A stretch of DNA of 64,000 nucleotides, from contig CAWIYV010000007.1 of the NCBI GenBank assembly GCA_963840455.1, positions 32,001-96,000 of the forward strand, read 5' to 3'. The stretch comes from Nitrospirota bacterium. GTDB taxonomy: Bacteria > Nitrospirota > UBA9217. Shown piece after piece: positions 1-12,933 of the stretch. How positions within the stretch are numbered: position 1 is the first letter of the stretch; every line of letters begins with the position of its first letter. The translations under genes and the position numbers were made by a program. The notes under the pieces are model-generated. The model was not told the DNA's origin. It ran no database searches and saw nothing but the letters and a program-made list of their open reading frames with translations.

Positions 1-375
1 CCCAAGGTCATCAACGCCATCATGACGCACCACGGCGACGGCGAGCCGAACTGCGTGGAGTCGGTGCTGGTCGCCGCGGCGGACGCCCTTTCGGCGGGCA
101 GGCCGGGCGTACGGCGCGAGACCCTCGAGAGCTACCTCAAGCGGCTCGAGGCGCTGGAAACAACGGCCAACTCCTTCAAGGGCGTTGAAAAATCCTATGC
201 CATCCAGGCGGGGCGCGAGATCCGCATCATCGTGAAGCCCGAGGACCTGTCCGACGCCCATGCGGCCCAGCTTTCCCGCGATATCGCCAAGAAGATCGAG
301 GCCGAGCTTTCCTACCCCGGCCAGATCAAGGTGACCGTGGTGCGCGAGAGCCGGTATGTGGAGTTCGCGAAATAG
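1..375 (+). CDS. rny: Ribonuclease Y, C-terminal part (5'-truncated by window)
   Basis: [41 protein letters not shown] and [12 protein letters not shown] are RNase Y C-terminal motifs; followed by ymdB. Confidence 0.95.
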   Translation, partial: PKVINAIMTHHGDGEPNCVESVLVAAADALSAGRPGVRRETLESYLKRLEALETTANSFKGVEKSYAIQAGREIRIIVKPEDLSDAHAAQLSRDIAKKIEAELSYPGQIKVTVVRESRYVEFAK

Positions 376-377
376 CT

Positions 378-462
378 CAGGAACAGGCGTCAGGAGACAG
401 GAGCCAGAATTCAGGAGAATTGCGGTTTCTCCTGACTCAGACTCCTGACTTCTGAATTCTGG
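378..462. repeat. 7-bp-period inverted repeat arrays (CAGGAGA/CAGAATT ... TCCTGAC/TTCTGAA)
   Basis: caggagacaggagccagaattcaggag followed by ctcctgactcagactcctgacttctgaattct. Confidence 0.75.
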
Positions 463-470
463 AGGTTTTA

Positions 471-1250
471 TTGAAGATCCTTTTCATCGGTGACATCGTC
501 GGCGAGCCGGGCAGGAAGATGGTGAAGCAGCAGATGCGCGGCCTCCTGCAGGCCCACACGCCCGATCTCGTGATCGCGAACGGCGAGAACGCCGCGGGAG
601 GGTTCGGCCTCACGCCGGATATCGCCGAGGAACTGTTCTCCCTGGGGGTCCATGTCCTGACGTCAGGCAACCACATCTGGGACAAGAAGGACATCGAACC
701 CTATATGGGCAAACAGGAGCGGCTCATCCGGCCCGCAAACTATCCCGAGGGGAGCCTCGGGTTCGGGAGCGTTGTCGTTCCTACGACCGATTCCGTCAAG
801 GTCGCTGTCCTGAACCTGGAAGGCCGGGTATTCATGTCGAACCTCGATGACCCGTTCCGCAAGGCAGTGCAGGAAGTGGAGCGGCTGCAGAAGGAGACCC
901 GCGTCATCATCGTCGATTTCCACGCCGAGGCAACGTCGGAAAAGTCAGCCCTTGCCTGGTACCTCGACGGGAAGGTGAGCGCCGTGCTCGGCACGCATAC
1001 GCATGTGCAGACCGCGGACGAGCGCGTGCTGCCTGGCGGGACAGCCTTCATGACCGACGTGGGGATGACGGGACCCACGGACTCGGTCATCGGCGTCAGG
1101 AAGGAAGAGGCCATCAACCGGTTCCTGTACCAGCGTCCCCACAAGTTCGAGATCCCGAAAGGTCCGGTCCACCTGGACGCCGCGGTCATCGACATAGATG
1201 CTAAGACGGGAAAAGCGAAGAGCATAGAACGGATCAAGATTAAGTCTTAG
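471..1250 (+). CDS. ymdB: YmdB/TIGR00282-family metallophosphoesterase (2',3'-cyclic phosphodiesterase)
   Basis: GDIVG, NGENAAGG, GNHIWD, DFHAEATSEK, GTHTHVQTAD; TTG start after GGAGG. Confidence 0.93.
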   Translation: MKILFIGDIVGEPGRKMVKQQMRGLLQAHTPDLVIANGENAAGGFGLTPDIAEELFSLGVHVLTSGNHIWDKKDIEPYMGKQERLIRPANYPEGSLGFGSVVVPTTDSVKVAVLNLEGRVFMSNLDDPFRKAVQEVERLQKETRVIIVDFHAEATSEKSALAWYLDGKVSAVLGTHTHVQTADERVLPGGTAFMTDVGMTGPTDSVIGVRKEEAINRFLYQRPHKFEIPKGPVHLDAAVIDIDAKTGKAKSIERIKIKS

Positions 1251-1254
1251 GACA

Positions 1255-1432
1255 TTTTCACCGCAGAGGGCGCAGAGCTCGCAGAGAAAGCCAGAAAAGT
1301 TCAATTATTTAATGAAAAGCAATTACCACTTTTTTCACCGCAGAGGGCGCAGAGGTTGCTGAGAAAAAAGAAAGATCGGTTCTTGTTATTTGAGTCAATA
1401 ACCTCTGCGTTCTCAGCGATCTCTGCGGTAAA
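1255..1432. repeat. 9-bp-period CGCAGAG inverted repeat element (two left arms, one right arm)
   Basis: ttcaccgcagagggcgcagagctcgcagag (1257), ttcaccgcagagggcgcagaggttgctgag (1334), inverted ctctgcgttctcagcgatctctgcggtaa (1403). Confidence 0.85.
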
Positions 1433-1441
1433 CTGTATTCC

Positions 1442-2638
1442 ATGCAGACCCACATCCTCACCGTAACGCAGCTCACCTATCAGATCAAGAACCTCCTCGA
1501 GGGGACCTTCCCCGATGTTTGGGTGGAAGGGGAGATCTCGAACCTCACGGTACCCCAGTCAGGACACGCCTATTTCACCCTCAAGGACGAGCAGAGCCAG
1601 GTCAAAGCGGTCCTGTTCCGCTCCGCCCAGCGCCATCTCAAGTTCACGCTCCAGCACGGCATGCAGGTGATCTGCAGGGGCCGTGTCAGCGTGTACGAAC
1701 CGCGCGGTGAATACCAGGTCATCGTCGACTATGTCGAACCCCGAGGCATCGGCGCGCTCCAGAAGGCCTTCGAGGAGCTCAAGGCGAAGCTCGAAAAAGA
1801 AGGGCTTTTCGCCCGCGAGCGAAAGAAGCCCCTGCCGCTCCTGCCCCGCAGGATCGGCATCGTGACGTCGCCGACGGGCGCCGCCATCCGGGACATCCTC
1901 CGCGTCATCAGGCGCAGGCATCCGAGGATGGAGATCCTCATCTACCCCGTGCCGGTACAGGGCGTGGAGGCGGTCCCGGCCATCACCGAAGCAGTGCAGT
2001 ACTTCAACCGGGAGCAGAACGTTGACGTAATGATCGTGGGACGGGGAGGCGGCTCGCTCGAGGACCTCTGGGCCTTCAACGAAGAGGCAGTTGCCCGGGC
2101 GATCTTTGCGTCGCGCATTCCGGTCATTTCCGCGGTGGGTCATGAAACGGACTACACCATTGCCGACTTCGTGGCCGACCTTCGCGCTCCCACGCCCTCG
2201 GCAGCAGCGGAGATGGTCGTGGAGAGCGAGGCCCATCTGCGCGAGACCGTTCTGTCCTTCGAGTCACGGCTGGCCTCCTCGATCCGCCAGGAGCTCGAAC
2301 GACGCACGGCATCGGTGCAGCATGCGCTGCGCCTCCTCGCTGACCCCCGGAAGAGGCTCGAGCAGTTCAGCCAGCGGGTCGATGAGCTGCTGGGCAGGCT
2401 CGGCCTCGGCCTCCGTCACCACGTCCGGCGGGACCGGGCGCTTTTGACGTCCCTCTCGGCGGCCCTCGAACACCTGAACCCCCTCGGCATCCTTTCCCGG
2501 GGCTACAGCGTCACCCGGAGCGTTCCGCAGGGGGACATCATCAAGAGCGCTGCCGAGGTGAGCGAGGGGGACCTCCTGCGAACGACATTGCACCAGGGAG
2601 AGGTCGTATCCCGCGTGGAAAAAAAGGTTTTACCTTGA
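1442..2638 (+). CDS. xseA: Exodeoxyribonuclease VII large subunit
   Basis: VWVEGEISN, SGHAYFTLKD, GRGGGSLEDLWAFNEE, SAVGHETD, RAPTPSAAAE. Confidence 0.97.
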   Translation: MQTHILTVTQLTYQIKNLLEGTFPDVWVEGEISNLTVPQSGHAYFTLKDEQSQVKAVLFRSAQRHLKFTLQHGMQVICRGRVSVYEPRGEYQVIVDYVEPRGIGALQKAFEELKAKLEKEGLFARERKKPLPLLPRRIGIVTSPTGAAIRDILRVIRRRHPRMEILIYPVPVQGVEAVPAITEAVQYFNREQNVDVMIVGRGGGSLEDLWAFNEEAVARAIFASRIPVISAVGHETDYTIADFVADLRAPTPSAAAEMVVESEAHLRETVLSFESRLASSIRQELERRTASVQHALRLLADPRKRLEQFSQRVDELLGRLGLGLRHHVRRDRALLTSLSAALEHLNPLGILSRGYSVTRSVPQGDIIKSAAEVSEGDLLRTTLHQGEVVSRVEKKVLP

Positions 2639-2714
2639 TTTATCGCACTGCCAGCGTATATAATTGAAACCGAGGGCATCTCATTCATGTCATGATGCAG
2701 GGAGTCTTCAGCGA

Positions 2715-2945
2715 ATGGCGGAGAAAAAGTTCGAAGCAGCATTGGCCAGACTGGAAGAGATCGTTGCGGAGCTCGAGTCGGGCGAGCTTGGGTTGGAGCA
2801 GTCGCTCAAGCTCTTCGAAGAGGGCGTGAAGCTTGCGCGCGTCTGCAATGCCAGGCTCGAGGAAGCCGAGCGCAAGGTGGAGGTCCTGCTGAAGGACAAG
2901 AACGGCAAAATGACCGCAAAGCCCTTCGAGGAAAAGGAAGAATAA
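2715..2945 (+). CDS. xseB: Exodeoxyribonuclease VII small subunit
   Basis: KFEAALARLEEIVAELESGELGLEQSLKLFEEG; start trimmed to MAEKK. Confidence 0.95.
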   Translation: MAEKKFEAALARLEEIVAELESGELGLEQSLKLFEEGVKLARVCNARLEEAERKVEVLLKDKNGKMTAKPFEEKEE

Positions 2946-3010
2946 GACCACGGTCCAAGGTTCTACGTTCATGGGCTAAGGGTAAAACCATTCTTTTGAG
3001 AAGTGCAATC

Positions 3011-3901
3011 ATGGACATCAAGGCCTATCTCCTGAAGAAGCGAACCGTCGTGGACAAGACGCTCGAGGCGCTGGTCCCGCCGGCGAAGACCTATCCGCCC
3101 AAGGTGTTCGAGGCCATGCGGTACAGCCTGTTTGCCGGCGGCAAGCGAGTGCGGCCGATCCTGGCCATCGCAGCGGCCGAGGCGCTCGGAGCCAATGCCG
3201 CCGGTCTGCTTCCTGTTGCCGGCACCCTTGAACTTATCCATACCTATTCCCTCATCCATGACGATCTTCCTGCCATGGATGACGACGATCTGCGGCGCGG
3301 CAGACCGACGTGCCACAAGGTGTACGGCGAGGCCATGGCCATCCTGGCGGGAGACGGTCTTCTGAACCTGGCATTCGAGGTCCTTTCGGACCCCCGGCGG
3401 CTGAGAACGATACCTGCGCAGCGGCTTGTCGCTATTATCCGGGAAGTATCCCTGGCATCCGGCGTATTCGGCATGGTCGGCGGGCAGGCGGTTGACATGG
3501 AATCAGAAGGCAAGGATGTGGACTTCCCGACGCTCGAATATATTCACACCCACAAGACCGGCGCCTTGATCCGGGCATCGGTCAGGGTGGGGGCGCTGTA
3601 TGCCAGGGCAAGCGAGAGACGGCTGAAGGCCCTCACGCGGTACGGGGAGATGGTCGGCCTTGCCTTCCAGATCGCCGACGATATCCTCGATATCGTAGGG
3701 ACGCAGGAAGAGATCGGCAAGGACGTGGGCAGCGACATGAAGAAAGGGAAGAAGACCTTCCCGAGCTTCTACGGACTCACAGAATCACGGCGAAGGGCCA
3801 ATGAGGTCGCAGGCCATGCCGTCGACGCGCTCAAGGACTTCGACCGCAAGGCCGATCCCTTACGAGAACTGGCGAAGTATATTGTGAAGAGGGTCAACTA
3901 A
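3011..3901 (+). CDS. ispA: Polyprenyl (farnesyl) diphosphate synthase
   Basis: [25 protein letters not shown] (FARM), FQIADDILD (SARM). Confidence 0.95.
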   Translation: MDIKAYLLKKRTVVDKTLEALVPPAKTYPPKVFEAMRYSLFAGGKRVRPILAIAAAEALGANAAGLLPVAGTLELIHTYSLIHDDLPAMDDDDLRRGRPTCHKVYGEAMAILAGDGLLNLAFEVLSDPRRLRTIPAQRLVAIIREVSLASGVFGMVGGQAVDMESEGKDVDFPTLEYIHTHKTGALIRASVRVGALYARASERRLKALTRYGEMVGLAFQIADDILDIVGTQEEIGKDVGSDMKKGKKTFPSFYGLTESRRRANEVAGHAVDALKDFDRKADPLRELAKYIVKRVN

Positions 3902-3902
3902 A

Positions 3903-3977
3903 AGCAGGGTCAAGGGTTCAGGTACAGGGTTCGGTACTTCTCCCTTCTGGCCCCTGGCTGCTGTACCCTGGAACCCA
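3903..3977. repeat. Short-period inverted repeats (AGGGT(T)C ... ACCCTGG)
   Basis: agggtcaagggttcaggtacagggttc ... ccctggctgctgtaccctggaaccc. Confidence 0.55.
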
Positions 3978-3995
3978 AAATCAAGAGGTAATCCC

Positions 3996-5918
3996 ATGAT
4001 ACTCGACACCATCAACAATCCTTCTGACCTGCGCATGGTCGCCGCAGCGGACCTTCCGAAGCTGGTGGATGAGCTCCGGGAAACGATCATCGGGACCGTG
4101 TCCCGGACCGGCGGGCATCTCGCGCCGAGCCTCGGCGTCGTGGACCTTACCGTAGCGCTGCACTATGTCTTTGACACGCCGAAGGACAGGATCATCTGGG
4201 ATGTGGGCCACCAGGCGTATGCTCACAAGCTCCTGACGGGCAGACGGGAGCGGTTCAATACCCTCCGGCAGTTCGGCGGGATCAGCGGCTTTCCCAAGCG
4301 CGAAGAGAGTTCCTTCGACCATTTCAACGTCGGCCACGCCAGTACGTCCATCTCGGCAGCCCTCGGCATGGTGGCGGCGCGGGACATCAAGGGCGAGGAT
4401 TTCAAGGTCATCGCCGTGATCGGCGACGGCTCCATCTCGGCTGGCCTTGCCTTCGAGGGACTGAACCAGGCGGGGCATCTCAAGAAGAACCTGGTGGTCA
4501 TCCTCAACGACAACGAGATGTCCATCTCGCCCAATGTGGGGGCGCTGTCGTCCTATCTCAACCGGATGATGACCGGGAACTTCTACACCAAGCTGAAACT
4601 GGAGACCAAGCAGTTCCTCCAGAACATCCCCCGGGTGGGCGAGTCCATGTTCAATATCGCCAAGAAGGCCGAGGAGTCCATCAAGGGCCTGATGGCGCCG
4701 GGCCTGCTCTTCGAAGAGCTGGGTTTCCAGTACGTCGGCCCCATCGACGGGCACCGCATGGACCATCTTATAGAGACCTTCCGGAACATCAAGGATTTTA
4801 CCTGGCCGGTGCTCATCCACGTCATCACCAAGAAGGGGAAGGGATGCGAGTTCGCAGAATGCAATCCGGCCCAGTTCCACGGCACACCGCCGTTCGACCC
4901 CGAGACGGGCAAAACCTCCGTAAGAAAACAGAAGGTCATGAGCTACACCGAGGTCTTCGGCCAGACCATGGTCAAGCTTGCCGAGGACAACGACAAGGTC
5001 GTTGCCATCACTGCAGCGATGTCCGACGGGACAGGGCTTGAGAAGTTCGCGGCGCAGTTTCCGGACCGCTTCTTTGACGTGGGCATCGCCGAGTCCCACG
5101 GCGTGACCTTCGCCTGCGGCCTTGCCGTGGAAGGCATGCGGCCGGTGGCGGCCATCTACTCGACCTTCATGCAGCGCGCCTACGACCAGGTGATGCACGA
5201 CCTGTGCCTCCAGAACCTTCCGGTGACGCTGGCCCTGGACCGCGCCGGCCTGGTGGGAGAGGACGGTCCGACGCACCACGGCGTGTTCGATCTCGCGTAC
5301 CTCCGCCATCTGCCAAACATGGTCATCATGTCGCCCAAGGATGAGAACGAGCTCCAGCATATGGTCAAGACGGCTGTGGAGCACGACGGTCCGGCTGCGG
5401 TGCGCTATCCCCGCGGGACCGGGCTCGGCGTGCCCATGGACCAGGAAGTGATAAGCCTTCCGATCGGCAAGGGGGAGGTCCTCCGGGAAGGCGAGGACGT
5501 GGTCATCATCGCCATCGGGAACATGGTAAGGCCGTCGCTCGAGGCAGCGGAGCGTCTTAAAACGGCAGGGACCTCCGCAGCGGTGGTGAACGCGCGCTTT
5601 GTGAAGCCCCTGGACGAGGATCTCATCCTCAAGATGGCGAAGAGGACCGGAAGGGTCGTGACGATCGAGGAGCATGCTCTCCAGGGCGGGTTCGGCAGCG
5701 CAGTCCTCGAATGCATTGACGGCAACAGGCTCACCGGCGTCAAGACCCACCGGATCGGCCTTCCCGACCGGTTCATCGAACACGGCACCCAGTCGATGCT
5801 CAGGCAAAAATACGGGCTCGACGCTGACGGCATCTTCGCGTCGGTCAGGGACTTCATGGAAAAGACACGCCTGAAGGCGGTCGCGCCGGTGGCCAGCATC
5901 AAGACGATGGACGCGTAG
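3996..5918 (+). CDS. dxs: 1-deoxy-D-xylulose-5-phosphate synthase
   Basis: [47 protein letters not shown]. Confidence 0.98.
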   Translation: MILDTINNPSDLRMVAAADLPKLVDELRETIIGTVSRTGGHLAPSLGVVDLTVALHYVFDTPKDRIIWDVGHQAYAHKLLTGRRERFNTLRQFGGISGFPKREESSFDHFNVGHASTSISAALGMVAARDIKGEDFKVIAVIGDGSISAGLAFEGLNQAGHLKKNLVVILNDNEMSISPNVGALSSYLNRMMTGNFYTKLKLETKQFLQNIPRVGESMFNIAKKAEESIKGLMAPGLLFEELGFQYVGPIDGHRMDHLIETFRNIKDFTWPVLIHVITKKGKGCEFAECNPAQFHGTPPFDPETGKTSVRKQKVMSYTEVFGQTMVKLAEDNDKVVAITAAMSDGTGLEKFAAQFPDRFFDVGIAESHGVTFACGLAVEGMRPVAAIYSTFMQRAYDQVMHDLCLQNLPVTLALDRAGLVGEDGPTHHGVFDLAYLRHLPNMVIMSPKDENELQHMVKTAVEHDGPAAVRYPRGTGLGVPMDQEVISLPIGKGEVLREGEDVVIIAIGNMVRPSLEAAERLKTAGTSAAVVNARFVKPLDEDLILKMAKRTGRVVTIEEHALQGGFGSAVLECIDGNRLTGVKTHRIGLPDRFIEHGTQSMLRQKYGLDADGIFASVRDFMEKTRLKAVAPVASIKTMDA

Positions 5919-6052
5919 GGTGATCGCGGAACGTCAACGGCAAGGCACTAAGAGCGTTCTTAGTGCCTTTTTCATTAAAGCCAGGAGCGGGCCCGGGCCG
6001 AAAGACCCTCTTTAGTATGTCCTCGCGGACAGCGGATAACGGCGGATCGCCT

Positions 6053-6853
6053 ATGGTCATGAGAAAACGTCCCCCCTCGGGCGCCAGGTTCCTGCAGAAA
6101 GGACTGGCGATACTTTACGAGGACAAGGACATCATTGTGGTGAATAAGCCCGCGGGCCTTTTGACGGTCGCCACGGAGAGGGAGAAGGAGCGCACGGCCC
6201 ATCATATTCTGACCGAACACATCCGCAGGGGGTGCGGCAGGTCCCGGAAGGAGCTGTACGTCGTTCACCGGCTCGACCGGGACACCTCGGGGACGCTCAT
6301 CTTCGCGAAGAGCGAAGAGGTGAAGCTCCGTTTGCAGGACCGGTGGAAAGAGACGAAGAAAACGTACCTCGCCATCGTGCACGGCAGGTGTGAGAAGAGC
6401 TCCGGCACGATCACGTCCTACCTGGCGGAGGACAACGCTTACACCGTGTACTCCACGAATGACCGTGAGAAAGGAAAGCTTTCCCACACTGCATATAAAG
6501 TGGTCAGGAAGACAAGGGGCTTTTCACTTCTGGAAATAGACCTGTTGACGGGCAGGAAGAACCAGATCAGGGTCCATCTCGCCGGGATCGGCCATCCGAT
6601 CGTGGGAGACACGAAGTACGGTAGGGAGAATGACCGTTATGCGCGGCTGGCGCTGCACGCGAGATCGATCTCCTTCAAGCATCCCGTGAGCGGAGAAGAG
6701 CTCACGTTCGAAGCTGAGGTGCCGCTGTTCTTTTCCACGCTTGTCGGCCGCCTGGATCGGCCCGAAGACAAGAAAGGAAATCCGGCTGCGCCGTCAAGGT
6801 CCGCGACGAAGCCGCGGACAGGCTCCGGTCCCATGGGAGCTCCGCGGCCATAA
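6053..6853 (+). CDS. RluA-family RNA pseudouridine synthase (start uncertain)
   Basis: NKPAGLL, VHRLDRDTSG (catalytic Asp), TGRKNQIRVH, HPIVGDTKYG, LALHA. Confidence 0.9.
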   Translation: MVMRKRPPSGARFLQKGLAILYEDKDIIVVNKPAGLLTVATEREKERTAHHILTEHIRRGCGRSRKELYVVHRLDRDTSGTLIFAKSEEVKLRLQDRWKETKKTYLAIVHGRCEKSSGTITSYLAEDNAYTVYSTNDREKGKLSHTAYKVVRKTRGFSLLEIDLLTGRKNQIRVHLAGIGHPIVGDTKYGRENDRYARLALHARSISFKHPVSGEELTFEAEVPLFFSTLVGRLDRPEDKKGNPAAPSRSATKPRTGSGPMGAPRP

Positions 6854-6948
6854 CTTCATGCGCCTTCCGGAGGTCGAGAGCCTCAGGCAGTCGCTCCGGC
6901 GACGAAATTAATATCCAGGGAAGTATGATACTGGCTGTTATGCTATCA

Positions 6949-6985
6949 AGGCGCCGGGATATTGGATCCCGGCGCCTGATTTGTT
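6949..6985. terminator. Hairpin between convergent genes (putative terminator)
   Basis: aggcgccgggat-attgg-atcccggcgcct, followed by a T-rich stretch. Confidence 0.5.
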
Positions 6986-6987
6986 GA

Positions 6988-7336
6988 TGAATCCAGGAGC
7001 GAGCGCATTCCCCGCAGCATGCTGCGGGGTCAGCGAGCGATTAGAATAACGATAGTTCCTTGAGGATCGAAGCTCCATGCCGTTATCAGTAGGGAGCTTA
7101 AATCCAGGAGCGAGCGCATTCCCCGCAGCTTTCTGCGGGGTCAGTGAGCGATTAGAATAACGATAGTTCCTTGAGGATTGAAGCTCCATGCATCTTGCTT
7201 CAGGGAGTTTCAATCCAGGAGGGAGCGAATTCCCCGCAGCATGCTGCGGGGTTAGCAAGCGATGAGAATAACGATAGTTCCTTGAGGATCGAAGCTCCGT
7301 GCCGTTATCTTCAGGGAGCTTAAATCAAGGAGCGAG
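6988..7336 (+). repeat. Tandem array of a 111-bp double-hairpin element (3 full units plus the start of a fourth)
   Basis: aatcc/aaggag unit starts at 6990, 7101, 7212 and 7323; each unit has ccccgcagc..ctgcgggg and aagctcc..ggagctt hairpins. Confidence 0.95.
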
Positions 7337-7354
7337 GGAACAGGCAGAGTCGCA

Positions 7355-7948
7355 TCAGCGGCCGTATTGTCCGGTCCTGATGTCCACGACCTTGCCGTTC
7401 CGAAAGGTGATGATGCGCAGGAAGCGCTGCGGGCCGAAGTTGTATGTCCATTCCTCGACCGTCACTACGACCCTCCGGGAATGGATCTCGTCGAACTGCT
7501 CCCGTAGTTCCTCGTCGTAGGAGGTCCGGTAGAACGGCTCGCCGCATTTTGCGAGCACCTCGCCCTTCGTGTCGCCGGTGGAGATGATGCGGTCCCCGCA
7601 TTCGGGCTTGACGGGCTCCCGGTCCTTCGAGGGACCGTATTGCCCGGTCTTGACGCCCGTGACCACGCCGTTCCTGATCGTTACGGTGCGGAGGAGCTGC
7701 TGGGGCCCGAAGTTGTAGGTCCACTGCTCGACGGTGACATAGGTCCTCTGCTTCAGGCCGGGAGCGAGCCGGTCGGTGAACTCTTCCTGGTGCGACTCCT
7801 TCCATGCCGGCTGGCCGCACTTCACCAGGAGGTCAACGACGGAATCACCGTCCGACACAATGCCTCCATCGCAGGAGATCGAATCAGCGCTCGCCTGCGT
7901 CGAGAGGAGGACCGCGGTAAGTATTATGAGAAGAAGGCGGGGAATCAT
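7355..7948 (-). CDS. Exported protein with tandem DUF2845-like domains
   Basis: Signal peptide (ASA-D); two repeats of C..GD..(L)..KCG.P ... VEEWTYNFGP..(F)LR....NG.V. Confidence 0.8.
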   Translation of the reverse strand: MIPRLLLIILTAVLLSTQASADSISCDGGIVSDGDSVVDLLVKCGQPAWKESHQEEFTDRLAPGLKQRTYVTVEQWTYNFGPQQLLRTVTIRNGVVTGVKTGQYGPSKDREPVKPECGDRIISTGDTKGEVLAKCGEPFYRTSYDEELREQFDEIHSRRVVVTVEEWTYNFGPQRFLRIITFRNGKVVDIRTGQYGR

Positions 7949-8129
7949 CGCCGCAACCTCCCTGGGAGAAGAAAATCTCGTCTGATCGTCTCGGTGCGGA
8001 CACCGCTTGTGAAGAATAGCATGTTAACTCTGAGAAAAGCAATGCTCACCATGAGCCGCATGAACGCGCAGCGACCGGACCTTCTTGCTGTTGCAGCTAG
8101 CGATATTCGCATTAGCGCGATCGTTGTCT

Positions 8130-10953
<2,824 letters not shown>

Positions 10954-10965
10954 GCCTGCTCTCCC

Positions 10966-12816
10966 TCAGGTGACGAGCGTCGTTTCGGCTGATGCTGTCC
11001 TGTTCCGGAGAAAATCCTGGGTGAACTGGCCCATTGCCTGCACCAGGATCTTTTCCGTATCCTCGGACAGGTCTTTCAGCTCTTGAATGCTGTGCAAGGC
11101 AGCCGGGTACTGGGTCTCCATGAAGGAAAAAAGCGCCTCTTCATAGGTCTTGACCTGGTCGGCCGGCACCGCATCAAGAAGGCCATGGACCGCTGCGTAG
11201 AGGATCACGATCTGCTTCTCCAGCGACAGCGGGTCATGCTGGTCCTGCTTCAGCACCTCCCGTTCCCGCTCACCGCGGGTCAGTTGATCCAAGGTAGCCT
11301 GGTCGACCTCCGCGCCGAACTTGACGAATTGTGCCATCTCCTGGTACTGGGCCAGATCAATGCGCAGGCGGCCGGCCACTTTCTTCATCACCCGGGTCTG
11401 GGCCATGCCGCCGACCCGCGAAACGGACAGCCCCACATCCATCGCCGGACGGAAGCCTTCGTTGAACAGGCCTGTATCAAGGAAGATCTGCCCGTCGCAG
11501 ATGGAAATGACATTGGTCGGGATAAAGGCCGAGATATCTCCTCCCAGGGTCTCGATGATGGGCAGCGCGGTAAGGGAGCCGCCGCCAAGATCTTCCCGGA
11601 GGCAGGCGGCTCGCTCCAGCAGGCGGGCGTGGACATAGAAGATGTCGCCGGGATAGGCTTCGCGCCCGATCGGCCGCTTTAAGAGTGCCGAGATCTCCCG
11701 GTAGGTGACCGCATGCTTGCTCAGGTCATCATAAATGACGAGGGCATGACCGCCGCTGTCCATGATGTCCTCGCCGATGGCGCAGGCCGCATAGGGGACC
11801 AGGTAGCGGAATGCAGGCTCTTCGTGAGAAAAGGCCACGACAATTATGGTGTACCCCATGGCACCTTGTTCTTGGAGCGTGCGGACCACGCGAGCCACGG
11901 TTGACGCTTTCTGGCCGATGGCCGCGTAGATGCATATGATGCCGGCATCCTTCTGGCTCAAAATGGTGTCAATGGCTATCGTCGTCTTGCCGATCTTGCG
12001 GTCGCCGAGGATCAGCTCGCGCTGGCCACGACCCAGGGGAACGAGGGCATCGATGATCTTGATCCCCGTGTGCAGCGGTTCGATCACCGGGTGACGCTCG
12101 ACGACTCCTGGTGCGATCCGTTCAACCGGCCGGACCCGTTCCGAATCGACCGGACCCTTTCCATCGATCGGCTGACCGAGGGCGTTCAGGATGCGGCCCT
12201 TGAGCGCTGGACCCGCGGGGATCTGCAGCAAACGGCCGGTCCTTTCCACCACGCTTCCTTCCTGGATCTCCGCCTCGGGGCCAAGCAGCAGGCACCCCAC
12301 GGAGTCCCGCAGCAGATTGAAGGCAATGCCGTAAACATCGTGCCGGAATCGGACGACCTCCTGAGCGCCCACACTGCGAAGTCCGGAGACGATCGCGATG
12401 CCATCACCGACCTGGATGACCTCCCCGGTGTCTGACAGCTCTTCGACGCGGAGACGCGGCTCGGTCTTCTCGATGATCCTTGCCAGATGAGCGGCCGTCT
12501 CGTCGACCGTCGTCAGCCCTTCCCGCCTCGCCGCTGCGAACTGCGACTCCAGTTCTCCCAGAAGCCTCCGGCGCAGATCGAGGTCGATCTTTTTCTCGCG
12601 CCCCAAGACCAGTCGGGCGCCCACGTCGAGATGAGGATTCACGCTCACCTCGAGGGAGATCTCGCGACCCGCTGCCGCCGACAGCTGTTCCCTGATGCGA
12701 TCGATGAGCTGGGGATCAAGAGGTATCTGGGTCTCCAGGAGCACAACAGGCTCGCGCAGACCTTTGAGAAGGGGGCCCAGATCGGAATCTGCTGGAGTAT
12801 GACGGCTCTCTGTCAT
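10966..12816 (-). CDS. atpA: F-type ATPase alpha subunit with an N-terminal delta(C-domain)-like extension
   Basis: VGDGIA, GRGQRELILGDRKIGKT, YDDLSKHA, GREAYPGDIFY, SVSRVGG; about 120 extra N-terminal residues including ISLEVSVNPHLDVGARL. Confidence 0.95.
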   Translation of the reverse strand: MTESRHTPADSDLGPLLKGLREPVVLLETQIPLDPQLIDRIREQLSAAAGREISLEVSVNPHLDVGARLVLGREKKIDLDLRRRLLGELESQFAAARREGLTTVDETAAHLARIIEKTEPRLRVEELSDTGEVIQVGDGIAIVSGLRSVGAQEVVRFRHDVYGIAFNLLRDSVGCLLLGPEAEIQEGSVVERTGRLLQIPAGPALKGRILNALGQPIDGKGPVDSERVRPVERIAPGVVERHPVIEPLHTGIKIIDALVPLGRGQRELILGDRKIGKTTIAIDTILSQKDAGIICIYAAIGQKASTVARVVRTLQEQGAMGYTIIVVAFSHEEPAFRYLVPYAACAIGEDIMDSGGHALVIYDDLSKHAVTYREISALLKRPIGREAYPGDIFYVHARLLERAACLREDLGGGSLTALPIIETLGGDISAFIPTNVISICDGQIFLDTGLFNEGFRPAMDVGLSVSRVGGMAQTRVMKKVAGRLRIDLAQYQEMAQFVKFGAEVDQATLDQLTRGEREREVLKQDQHDPLSLEKQIVILYAAVHGLLDAVPADQVKTYEEALFSFMETQYPAALHSIQELKDLSEDTEKILVQAMGQFTQDFLRNRTASAETTLVT

Positions 12817-12828
12817 GGTTGCTGTCCC

Positions 12829-12913
12829 TTGAATCCAGGAGCGAGCGATTAGAATAAATAGTACTACCTTGCGGATCGAAGATTGTCTGCAGCCTGCTGC
12901 AGAGAGCTTCAAT
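12829..12913 (+). repeat. Internally deleted copy of the 111-bp element, inside the atp operon
   Basis: ttgaatccaggagcgagcgattagaataa...ggatcgaagat...gagagcttcaat; hairpin 1 missing. Confidence 0.85.
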
Positions 12914-12933
12914 CCATAGTGCGCCGGAGATCG

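Noticed and set aside
3981-5807. Long antisense ORFs (also 20222-21490, 24640-26112, 28636-30048, 57176-58414)
   Set aside because: Shadow frames of high-GC genes on the opposite strand, with no recognisable motifs.
6938-7258. 106-aa repetitive ORF (LTPQHAAGN...)
   Set aside because: It is a translation of the 111-bp DNA repeat, whose length is divisible by 3; there is no other coding evidence.
6988-7336. CRISPR or other guide-RNA array
   Set aside because: Units are near-identical over 111 bp with no unique spacers, no cas or effector gene is nearby, and solo copies are dispersed.
12817-12912. Additional N-terminal extension of AtpA as given in the ORF track
   Set aside because: It is the repeat element read in frame; the ATG at 12816 has its own purine-rich RBS.
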